DNA of 64,000 bases from an uncultured delta proteobacterium (GTDB lineage Bacteria; Desulfobacterota; RBG-13-43-22), in assembly GCA_963843145.1 (NCBI GenBank), contig CAWJJC010000028.1, positions 32,001 through 96,000 on the forward strand. Direction: 5' to 3'. Every line of letters starts with the position of its first letter. Position 1 is the first letter of the stretch. Shown here in pieces: positions 1 to 9,392 of the stretch. The notes beneath the pieces were generated by a model. The model was not told the DNA's origin. It searched no databases and worked only from the letters and a program-made list of their open reading frames with translations. Made by a program: the position numbers and the translations under genes.

Positions 1-144
1 TTTGCGCCAACTCCGCCAACCCAACCTAATCAGAGATCCAGGCAAAAATAATTTTACGTAGTCAGACCAGATTCTTGCTCCTTAAATCAAGATATCTTAC
101 TTATATTATTCAAAATGTCAACTATTCACTTGACTTCAAGGCTT

Positions 145-351
145 TTATCTTCCCTTGAACTGCGGCGGCCTCTTTTCCATCCGGGCGCTCAGGGCCTCGA
201 AAAAATCCTCACTGCCGAAGGCCTGGTTCAATCCCAGGTTTTCTTGATCCAGGGCCGCGGCAATCTCCGTGATCAGGGGTTGGTGAAAGGCCTGCTTGGC
301 CAGGCGCAGGGCCAGGGCGGCCCCCTGGGGCGGGACCAGTTGCCGGGCCAT
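145..351 (-). pseudogene. C-terminal remnant of an enoyl-CoA hydratase/isomerase
   Basis: Translation (LALRLAKQA...ALDQE...SEDFFEALSARMEKRPPQFKGR) resembles the crotonase C-terminal helices; the N-terminal ~190 aa are absent and abiEii ends 7 bp upstream. Confidence 0.75.
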
Positions 352-358
352 CCCTATA

Positions 359-1285
359 CTATTGACCGCCTATTTCCCATGGACCGCCGGGCTTCCAAAC
401 AGAATTCGAGATTTCGTTTCGGGAGGCGGATTGGAATACAGGCTCCAGAAATTTAGCCAACGTTTCCAAGACGGTTTCCAGATCTTCCGGTATTGAGGAT
501 AGGTGATTCTTCCGCAGGAAGCCTGCCCATTGGGTACGCTTGTCAGGTAATTGAGCGAAAGCCGGCGTCAGCGCCGTCGGAAGACCATCCGGAATCGCGG
601 TCCGTCGGCGCTCAAAGGTTGCCCGGATCGCCGCCACCAGCATTGCAATAGCGAAGGATTTCCGCTGGGCGAGCATATATACGTCAAGGAAGTCGCGCAT
701 ACGACTGTTATTCGTTCCGAGCTGGACCATGGCCTGGGTCTTTTCGGCGATCACTGTCTCGGGACGGTACGCAAGCAAGCGCGGGCGCGGCAGGTCCAAA
801 AGGCTGGGATAATCAAGCCACTCGGGCTCGGGAATTGAGGCGTCCCCCAAGCCGACATCCACCTGCAGGCGTATGCGCGCTGATCCTAAGCGGGCCAGAA
901 GGGTTACCCTTCTTCCGCCATAGAAATCCTCGGGGCGAATGGCGGACACTCGAATCGTGGAGGCTTCGAAGGTTATTCCATCGGGTTCTACCTCGATGGC
1001 ACAGGTTTCTTCGAAAATCTTTGTCAGAGCGTTGTCCGAAAGATCTCCCAAGGCGAGGAGGTCCGCATCCCGGGTAGGCCGGAAGGTCTCTCCCAGCCAG
1101 ACGAGCAAGAGCAGCGCCCCTTTCAATATGAAACGTTTAGAGTGGCGGGATCGGGATAGTCGGTATAGAAATCGCTCAATGGCAAAGCGGGTCAGCACGA
1201 AATTCGAATCCTGGCCCAAGGACTGAGCATGGCGAATCAAACGGACATGCACGGAATGCGGTAAGCCGCTGGCGGCAACACTCAT
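359..1285 (-). CDS. abiEii: Type IV TA toxin, AbiEii/AbiGii nucleotidyltransferase
   Basis: Motifs FILKGALLL..RPTRDADL and AEK...NSRMRDFLD; 4-bp overlap with the upstream antitoxin. Confidence 0.9.
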   Translation of the reverse strand: MSVAASGLPHSVHVRLIRHAQSLGQDSNFVLTRFAIERFLYRLSRSRHSKRFILKGALLLLVWLGETFRPTRDADLLALGDLSDNALTKIFEETCAIEVEPDGITFEASTIRVSAIRPEDFYGGRRVTLLARLGSARIRLQVDVGLGDASIPEPEWLDYPSLLDLPRPRLLAYRPETVIAEKTQAMVQLGTNNSRMRDFLDVYMLAQRKSFAIAMLVAAIRATFERRRTAIPDGLPTALTPAFAQLPDKRTQWAGFLRKNHLSSIPEDLETVLETLAKFLEPVFQSASRNEISNSVWKPGGPWEIGGQ

Positions 1286-1887
1286 GCGACCAAAGCCTCC
1301 AGATAGGGCCTCATGACGTGGCGCACACGGCAGATTTGAGCGTAGCGATCCAACTCGTCCATGGTAAATCGCCGCTCTCTCCAGGCTTCACGGAGGGCTT
1401 CAAGGGCCACATCGAGCCCAACCTTATTTCGGTATTTAAAAAGATCGGCCAGAGTCTTGGCGACGCTGTACAATCTCACCAATTGTCCTTCCAGGCGGTG
1501 AACTTCGATTCCGGAAGAGAAGGCTTCTCCGCTGAAGCGAACCACCCGCAACGGAGGATAATTGAGCCGCGGCTGCGGGGCCGAGCGTTCCAATGCCACC
1601 CAGATCTTGGCCGGCAGTTGTGTGCCGATAGCATGAAAGCTCAATACCGAAAGCAGACAAATCACGCCATCCGGGACTGCACGGGAAACGATAGTGAGGG
1701 TGTGGTGCTCAGTGATCGGATGATCCGGGAAGCGGTATTGCCCGCGAGCTATGCGTTCCAGTTCGCCCCGGCGAATTAACCGCGTAAGAAGCTGACTATG
1801 AATCCCCAATCGGATGGCTTCCCGAGCCGTGATGACGCCCATCTGGCGAGCCTGGGCCAACAGTTTTTTACGGTGTGAACCTTCCAT
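1282..1887 (-). CDS. abiEi: Type IV TA antitoxin AbiEi (wHTH + AbiEi C-domain)
   Basis: LERIARGQY, ICLLSVLSFH, KTLADLFKYRNKVGLDVALEAL, VMRPYLE motifs. Confidence 0.9.
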   Translation of the reverse strand: MEGSHRKKLLAQARQMGVITAREAIRLGIHSQLLTRLIRRGELERIARGQYRFPDHPITEHHTLTIVSRAVPDGVICLLSVLSFHAIGTQLPAKIWVALERSAPQPRLNYPPLRVVRFSGEAFSSGIEVHRLEGQLVRLYSVAKTLADLFKYRNKVGLDVALEALREAWRERRFTMDELDRYAQICRVRHVMRPYLEALVA

Positions 1888-1933
1888 GTGTAAAATTATC
1901 TACATTTATATTTAATTGTCAACACTTTCACAC
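1888..1933 (-). promoter_or_regulatory. abiE promoter with inverted-repeat operator
   Basis: Minus-strand TTGACA at ~1917-1922; arms GTGTAAAA...TTTCACAC flank the promoter; AbiEi proteins are known to autorepress through inverted repeats. Confidence 0.45.
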
Positions 1934-2141
1934 ATCAATTCATTTTTGGTATCCGAACGATATCCTGTTATCGCCCCTTGAACTGAAGTCCCCGATCTGA
2001 ATGGGGAAGGAATGTCGATTGGCTTTGGGTATGTGTTTTCGGCTTAGATGCCTCTTTTGGGGGGTAAAAAAGGCACTTTATGGCCTCAAAGGACTGCCCG
2101 AATCAGTATGTTTTAATAAAAATTCATCAATTGGTCCATCT

Positions 2142-2156
2142 GGTCCGACCCAATGC
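2142..2156. repeat. Left copy of a 15-bp direct repeat flanking the STAND gene
   Basis: GGTCCGACCCAATGC, 14/15 identical to 7732-7746. Confidence 0.6.
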
Positions 2157-2506
2157 TGTGTCAGCCACTTCTTGTACTCCCCGTACCGATTGCCCAGGTA
2201 GGACCGATTCGGCAAAAACGCTTCAAATTTAACCAATTCTTAAGATATCCAGCATGAGCATTTATATTCATGCAAGACTATTCTGACGAGTCAATTCTTG
2301 ACATCTTCAATATTTTTAGTAGGATATGGTTATATTTGAAACAATCTCAATTGGGGACGCCCCATTTCGTCACCCTTAAGATGTTTCCTGTATTGGCAAT
2401 TCAGAATAAACAACAGAATAATTTGTTGGCAGCCCAGGCGGTGTATCGCTTCAAGTCCGGGTGCCCGAACCACGACGAACGAATGAACTCAACCCACAGG
2501 GGAGAA

Positions 2507-5500
2507 ATGGCCTACCGCACTCCAGCCGACGTGAAGGAAGAATTCCGCGCCCATCCTCGACGCGCACTCATCCTCACGACCGTCGTCCACGAGAGCCGTG
2601 CGGTGAAAGCTTACCTACGAATCCGGAAATCTGATCGGCGAGAAAGGCGCATTCTACGAGTATGGCCGCTTTTCCGATCCCGCTGGGGATTGGCTTGTCG
2701 TCCATGCCATCACGTCCCAGGGGAACAGCGATGCAGGCCTTGCGCAAGCAAGGCCTTCAGGAGTTTGGAAGCTTCCAGGTGCTGATGTTCGTCGGCGTCG
2801 CCGGGTCGTTGAAGGAAGATATCCCAATCGGCAGCGTCGTCATTGGCGACTACGTCTACAATGGTCACTCCGCGAAGGTGGAAGACACGGAAACACTTGG
2901 CAGGCCTCATAGATTGGTCCCCGCACTAGAGCTTCTGACCGCTGCTCAAGGCCTCATCTACTCTGGATGAGTGGATAGATCTGATACGTGCTCCGGCTGG
3001 AATGGAGCTGCCGAACAAGGCGGACTACCCCTGCGATTTTCCTCCTTCGGCATTCATCAAAGGCATTGTTTCGGCGAGGAGGTGGTTGCTGGTAGACAAG
3101 TCACTCGCGATTCGCCTTGCTTCGTTCTCACTTCAACGACTGTGGCGCTGTCGAGATGGAAGGCTGGGGCGTCATGAACGCCGCACACTATGAGAACACG
3201 CCGGCCATAATCGTGCGCGGCATCTCGGATATGTGTGCCGGAAAGGATCACGCGAAGGACAAGTTGCATCAGCCGATCGCGGCTGCTCATGCCGCCGCGT
3301 TCGCGTTCAGCATTCTTTCGTTTCGGAGCAAGGTGCCGGCGACGGAAGGTCCGGTGTTGGATGGTGAAACGAAGAAGCCGGCAGCCGCGCAGGCCGCTGA
3401 GACTCCACCTCCTGAAGAGCGCCGGGTGGAGTTCGTTTTCAACTTCGAAGGCTCGAAGGACGAATGGTCCGAGGAGAAGGTTGAGGCCGTCGTCGAGCGT
3501 CTCAAGCAGGCGATTGACGACGAGAAGCTGAAGCTGGTTCGCATTGATGTCGGGTCTGTTCGGCTCGTGATGAGCGTCCGCGAGAGTGACCTCGCAGCTA
3601 TGGACTTGGCGAAGCTTCGGGAAGCCGCGTCGGATAGTGGAGTCACCCTCCTTGGCGCGACGCCGTTGGAACTGGTGGGCGAAGCGGAAAAGGCCAAGGA
3701 GGCCTTGGCTGCAGCTTCCGTTGATCTTCTCGCCTGGGAAAAGACACTTCCGAACGGCCGGTGGATGGAGAGACCCGAACAGGAAAGTATCGAAGCCCGC
3801 TTTCAGTCTCAACACTAGCTCAACGGTACTGCTTGGCGAACCGGGCTCAGGCAAGTCGGCCCTTCTTTCGAAGATCGCGTCTGACCTACTTGATCAACGG
3901 TGCTCCCGTGTTCGCTCTGAAAGGCGGACTTCCTTTCGACGGAGGTCCAAACCGAAACCGACTTGCAGCGCGAACTGCAGTTACCGGCTCCACCCAGTGA
4001 TCTCATTCTTCGCCTGGCAGCGCTGCAGCCGGTTTACGTCTTCATTGATCAACTGGATGCGCTTGCAAGCCAACTTGACCTTCGAAGCGGGCGATTGAAC
4101 GTCCTCCTCAACCTGGTCCGTCGCATCGGCAGCGCACCTAACGTTCATGTGCTGCTTTCTGCGCGCACCTTCGAATTCAACCACGATGTTCGACTTCGGG
4201 CAATCGAAGCTGAAGCGGTGACGCTGGCGCTTCCGCCTTGGCATGAGGTGAAAGAGCGGCTCGCCGAATTGGCATCGACCCTGATACCTGGCCCGAGAAA
4301 GCCCGAGATATCGTGCGCATTCCGCAGGCTTTGAAGACTTTCATCGCTCTTGTGGGTTCGGGACGAACTGAGCCCTTCACCACTTATCAAGCGATGCTTG
4401 AGCAGCTCTGGCACGACCGGATTGCTTCAGCCGACGATAGCGAAAGTCTTATCGCGCTCGCCTCAGACCTCGCCGGACAGATGGCGGAGGAAGAGGCTCT
4501 TTGGCTTGCGGCCTCGCGCTTCGACGATCGTTTGAATTCCCTCAAGCGCCTAGAAGCGCTGGGGTTCATTGTTCGGTCGGAAAACAATCTCAGTGTCGCC
4601 TTTAGCCACCAGACGCTCTTCGACTACGTCCTTGCCAGGACCTTCGTTCGAAACGCAGGGCTGCTATCGACGTACGTCCTAGAGCGCCAAGATTCATTAT
4701 TCGTCCGAGCAAAAGTCTGGTCGGCGCTAATTATCTGCGGGAGGCCGAAGTCAGATCCTACGAACGCGAGCTCCTTGAGATTTGGAAGACAAAGGACCTG
4801 CGGCGCCATCTTCGCCTCCTTCTGATCGAATTTCCTCGGCCAAGTGAGTCAGCCACTTGAATTCGAGAGGACGTGCATGGCCGAAGCGCTGAAATCTCCC
4901 GAATTTCGCATGTTCGGACTCAAAGCGATTGGCAGTAGCTCAGGATGGTTCACTCATTTCGCTTCGACAGCTATTCGAGATGCGATGTCAGGCACGGATG
5001 CCGAGGCGGGCCAAGCGTGTAGGATACTTGCACTCAAACTGGAAGACGGATAGCGCGCGGGTCATTCGGCTCATCAGAGAGCGCTGGTTGCCCTCATCCG
5101 GAGAGGGACAGTTATTCGTGGATGGCCATACATGAATGCCCGATTTGGACTGGTGAAGTTGAAGAGATTGCGGTGACTGTCCTTAAGCGCACCCGATCTC
5201 GATATGGCAAGTTGAGCACACCCGCAATGACACTCGCGGTAGAGCAGCCAGAAGTGGCCCTGCGTTTGGTCCGAGCTAAGCTCGACTTACTCCTTGCTGA
5301 GGCGAAAGGCAGGCCGGAGCCGCCGCCCTTTCCCGCGGATGGCACCGAGGACGAGAAGACATCCTGGTATATTGAACATCACCGAACGAAGGAGTTTAAA
5401 GACCTACTCGACGCAACGGAATGGAACGATCTACCATCCCTAGCGGAAGCTGCGCCCGCAACGTTCCTACAATACCTCTGGCCCTGGTACGTCTCCGTCT

Positions 5501-7707
5501 TCTCGGAAATTCTTGCCCGCAAAGACAGGGAAGGGTAAAGCATATCTATCCTGGGCAATACGTTCTCGAAATCGAATTGACGCCTTCTGAGGCTCGATCA
5601 GCGTCACGGGAAAAGCCGGTGATGAGCGCTCTCCAAATCGCGGTCGAGGAACTGGCTGCAAAAGTCGCCGGAAGAATTTATGAAGTGGGCGGAAGAGAAC
5701 TCGAATCTTGAGATCTTGGCTGTCCAACAGCTGATCGCGCATGGGTATAAAGTCGCGGCAGATCAGTTGGCGTCGAAGGCTTTCGAATGGCTTCTTCTCG
5801 ATCACGCCGGTTCCAACTGGGCACTGGCTATGGTCATCGGCGCACGACGATCGATCTCGTGCGGGCGTGTGCGCCACATTGGTCAAAGGAGGAGATCAGT
5901 CGCTTTGAGAAGGCAGTTCTCAGCTATCGTCCTCCAGTTCCAGAACACCTCAAGGAGCCAAAACAGCGCAAGCTGTTCGCAGACTGGTTCGAGCAACCAA
6001 GAAGGATCTCTTCAAGCTGTCGGCATAGAACGACTGGCTCCCGAGAACCGCAAATTGGTGGCTACCGAACAGCGCGCGTTGGGCGACCGATTCGATCGCT
6101 CGATAAGCAGGTTAAAGGCGGGTTGATAGGATCGCCCATGGAAGCTGCCGCGATGTCCAAGGCCAAAGATCGCGACATCCTCAAGATCTTCCGCGAGATC
6201 CCCGACAACACGGATTGGGGTCATCCGACGCATTGGATGCGAGGCGGCAACATTCAACTGTCTCGGGCTTTCGCCGAATTCGCCCGGACTGATCCTGAGC
6301 GAGCAATCCGTCTCATGGAGCAGTTCGAGCCGCTCCAGCAGGAGCGGGCCGCCGGCTATGCGCTCGATGCGATGGCCGACGATGCTCCGAACGATAGTCG
6401 CATCATCGAGGCTCTCCTCGATTTGCACGCTCGCGGATTCCAGGCAGAGGAATTTAGGGACTCAGCCGCACGTGCCATCGAAAAGATCGCAGAAAGAAAG
6501 GCCGACATCGGTGAAGAAGTGATCAACATACTAATGGAGTGGCTGAGTCTTACAGATACCCGCTCTGAGGAGGGAGGAGTGAGGACGAGGACATCGAACT
6601 CACTTCGAGACTCGAAAGATGATGACTTTAAGGAAGGAAGTATTCTTTGGGGTCATGGAACATCTCGTTCCTTCCAGGCGGCAACTTCAACATACTCTCG
6701 GCGCTCGCTTCGATTCTCTTAAACAGGAAGGAATGCAGGTCGAGATCGCTATCTTCGAAATTCTCGATGACCATTTCTCGCGTGAGCGAAATCCAAATAT
6801 ATGGAAGGCGCTCCTCATTAGTCTCGGCAACTCCGGCGGTTCATCGCCGCAGGTAGTGTCAACCTTCCTCCGCAAGTTATTTGATCGCTTCCCTGAAATC
6901 CTTGCAACCCATGAAGCCATCATTTTTCTTGCCCACGCCCAGCAACTGGGACGACCAGCTTGTGTTCGACCTCATCAGCGATTGGCGCAAGTCGGACCAA
7001 GCGTTCTTGCAGCAAGCCTACGGCGAACTTGTCGGCTTGGTTGCCACAGTGAAGGAGAGGACAACTGGCTGCGGGCACGGGACGAGATCATCGCCTCCGG
7101 CACTGAAGACATAAAGATCGGCTTGGCGCATGCCGCTGTGAACATGTGGTCCGATGAGAAGTCTACGGCTGAGTGCAGGCGAAGACGCTGATCGCCTTGC
7201 TAAAGGGGGCGAGCAAAGGACCTTGTCGCGGCGGTGATGGACGTCTTCAGGGTGACCGACGAACTCGCACCTGACGTGTCAACGGTGCGAATTGCTGCGC
7301 GCGCTGGCAGACCCCGGCACGGATATGTCGGCCGCGCCCTCTCATTTCGTGGTGGAGCGCCTTCAGAGCGCTACTCCCGCACGAGGCGGAGCTTATTGCG
7401 ACCATTGCTGAGAAGCTCGTCGCCGCTTGGCGTGGTGAACTTGGAGACATGCGGACTGGAACGGTCAACTGCTGCACCGCAACTAACCGACCTTGCACTT
7501 ACGCTTCATCGGCTTGGGGGAGCGTCGCGTCAGTCCGGCGTCGCCCTCTTCGAGACAATGATCGAAATCGATGCGTATGGTGCGCGAGAGACTCTAGCTG
7601 AGATCGATGGGCGTTTCGGCCCGCACCAGGCAGCACGCACGGCAGCGACTTGCGCGGCGACGCAGGCCTCGCGGTCGACGTTGATAAGCAGCCTAACTCT
7701 TTTTTAA
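2507..7707 (+). pseudogene. Multiply frameshifted PNP/MTA-SAH nucleosidase - STAND NTPase - helical-repeat protein (Avs/AVAST-like antiviral ATPase); indels may be assembly errors
   Basis: GGGGAG RBS and ATG at 2507; PNP_UDP_1-type motifs FVGVAGSL, EMEG (3153-3164), RGISD; Walker A GEPGSGKS (3835-3858); Walker B VFIDQLDAL (~4038-4064); FSHQTLFDY; overlapping ORF fragments join by single-base indels into about 1700 aa. Confidence 0.8.
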
Positions 7708-7731
7708 GAATTGAATCGGGGATTGAATCGC

Positions 7732-7746
7732 GGTCGGACCCAATGC
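7732..7746. repeat. Right copy of the 15-bp direct repeat
   Basis: GGTCGGACCCAATGC followed by CGTTAACTTAAC. Confidence 0.6.
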
Positions 7747-8071
7747 CGTTAACTTAACAGAAAGAGCCTGTTTTTGCTATCTTTAATGGTTTCGGGAGCC
7801 AGGGGCAAGGGCTGGGGAACGGGGTATTTGCGAGGACGTCCCCGGCGACGTTTTTCCAGGCCCCGACTTTTTCGGCGATATTCCTGTCGATCCCGAGTGA
7901 AATGACGGCCCGGCTTTATACACACACGGTGCCGGGCACAGGCCTATACAAAGACCTCCCAGATTAGGAGCCAGAGCGGAGGTAATCCCCCGGGGCGAGG
8001 GTCCTCAGGACCTGAGGGTTGGGGATAGAGGAGGAGTGAGTCTGTGACGATGATGGAAATAAACCCAATCA

Positions 8072-8662
8072 GTGGAGTTGAACCGCCTCTGGGAGCCTGT
8101 CAGGCCCTACCTGGCTCGGCAAGTGAGCGAATTGTATGGCCGAGATGATGGCAGTGTCCTCGAAGTAGGCCCTTTTTCCGGGCTGGCGCTGGAACTCGCC
8201 CGCAGAGGCATCGGCGCGTCCTTTCATATGGCCGTGTTTCCCGGCGAAGTTGCAGAGACCTTGAAAGGAGAGGCGCGGGAAATGGGGCTTGAAGACAAGG
8301 TGACCATAGCCGAAAGCGACGACAAACTATCAGGGGTTTCCGCGGAGGCCTTCGACCTAGTCGTTTTCAGGGGGGCTTTCTTTTTCCCGTCCTTTTTCAG
8401 ACCCGACCTGGCGGCAATCTACCGGTCTCTGAAGCCCGGAGGCCTGGCTTTTGTCGGAGGCGGATTCGGATGCCATACCCCAGAGGATGTCATCCGGGGC
8501 ATCGAGATGCGCTCGAAGGGCCTCAACCAAGCTCTGGGCCGGGTCAGGATAACCGAAAGGGACCTGTGGTCGCTCCTCGAAGCGGCCGAACTGAAGAAAA
8601 AGGCGACAATGATTACCGAAGGTGGCTTATGGGTCGTGTTGAGGAGAGGATTTCCTACTTGA
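8072..8662 (+). CDS. Class I SAM-dependent methyltransferase
   Basis: VLEVGP.SG motif I, FDLVVFRG, SLKPGG; true start may be the ATG near 8050 with one indel. Confidence 0.7.
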   Translation: MELNRLWEPVRPYLARQVSELYGRDDGSVLEVGPFSGLALELARRGIGASFHMAVFPGEVAETLKGEAREMGLEDKVTIAESDDKLSGVSAEAFDLVVFRGAFFFPSFFRPDLAAIYRSLKPGGLAFVGGGFGCHTPEDVIRGIEMRSKGLNQALGRVRITERDLWSLLEAAELKKKATMITEGGLWVVLRRGFPT

Positions 8663-8925
8663 ATGCCTTGATAAGAGACAGGCGATTGTGGGGACGAGCG
8701 TGAAATCCTCCAAGGGGAATGCCCCACCGATAGCGTGAACCCGATCGCCGAGACTGCGGGCTCCGGGTGGCGCTCACATTGGCGCCTTGGGCATCGCCAA
8801 TGCAGCGTTGCCCCCATCGGCTCCACGTCCCGGTGGGATCCGCCGCAATTCGTCACCCACCAGGCCATTGGACACCGGCTGGAGTTTATTCCGCGGATGG
8901 CGGACTCGGGGTGACGCTGTAGGCA

Positions 8926-9000
8926 GGAAAAACCTTTTCGCCGAGACCCCACGGCCATACCAGATCTGAGGAGTACCCACCCAAAAGGCCGAAGCGTCAA
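8926..9000 (+). repeat. Dispersed ~75-bp repeat (CGCCGAGACCCC family), copy A
   Basis: GGAAAAACCTTTTCGCCGAGACCCCACGGCCATACCAGATCTG...CCCAAAAGGCCGAAGCGTCAA; related copies at 33665-33725 (inverted), 33876-33950 and 41334-41383. Confidence 0.8.
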
Positions 9001-9100
9001 AAAATAAACAACGGTTCTACTCGTATCATCAGCTTCTGTCTCAATGGGTTTCATAAGTGCCCCCTCGATTATCACTCGGGAACCCATCACGGACCGACAT

Positions 9101-9259
9101 CTATTTCCGCTCGGTTGGATAGTTCGCCTGATCCCAATCACTCCAGCCGCCCTTAAGGGCATAGACTTTTTTGAATCCCAGACTGATAAGCTTCCGTGCC
9201 ACACGGACACTGGTGATCTCCTTTAGTCAGGAGCAATAAAGAACAATGGTTTTTCCCTT
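9101..9259 (-). pseudogene. 5'-truncated rhodanese-like selenoprotein remnant
   Basis: Manual translation KGKTIVLYCS-U-LKEITSVRVARKLISLGFKKVYALKGGWSDWDQANYPTERK*; TGA at 9227-9229; paralogous to 21867-22277; an in-frame TAA precedes it and there is no start codon. Confidence 0.8.
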
Positions 9260-9392
9260 TTAGATTAAACCTCAAAACACTTGACTTTCCCTGTTAAACC
9301 TGTCCCAAATATCTTTTTGGGCCTTATGGGCAGATAGGGTTTTTAGGGTGTCTGCCCGAGGTCTTTTATACTCCAATCGCAAAAGGTGGCTG

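Noticed and set aside
2270-2506. N-terminal extension of ORF 2270-2785
   Set aside because: AT-rich promoter-like DNA; a good RBS and the composition shift point to ATG 2507.
7690-7697. GCCTAAC after the STAND gene as an attC R'' box
   Set aside because: No matching L boxes or GTTRRRY downstream; too short to support.
8419-9210. 263-aa minus-strand ORF
   Set aside because: Overlaps the methyltransferase antisense, crosses a repeat and reads the rhodanese remnant in the wrong frame.
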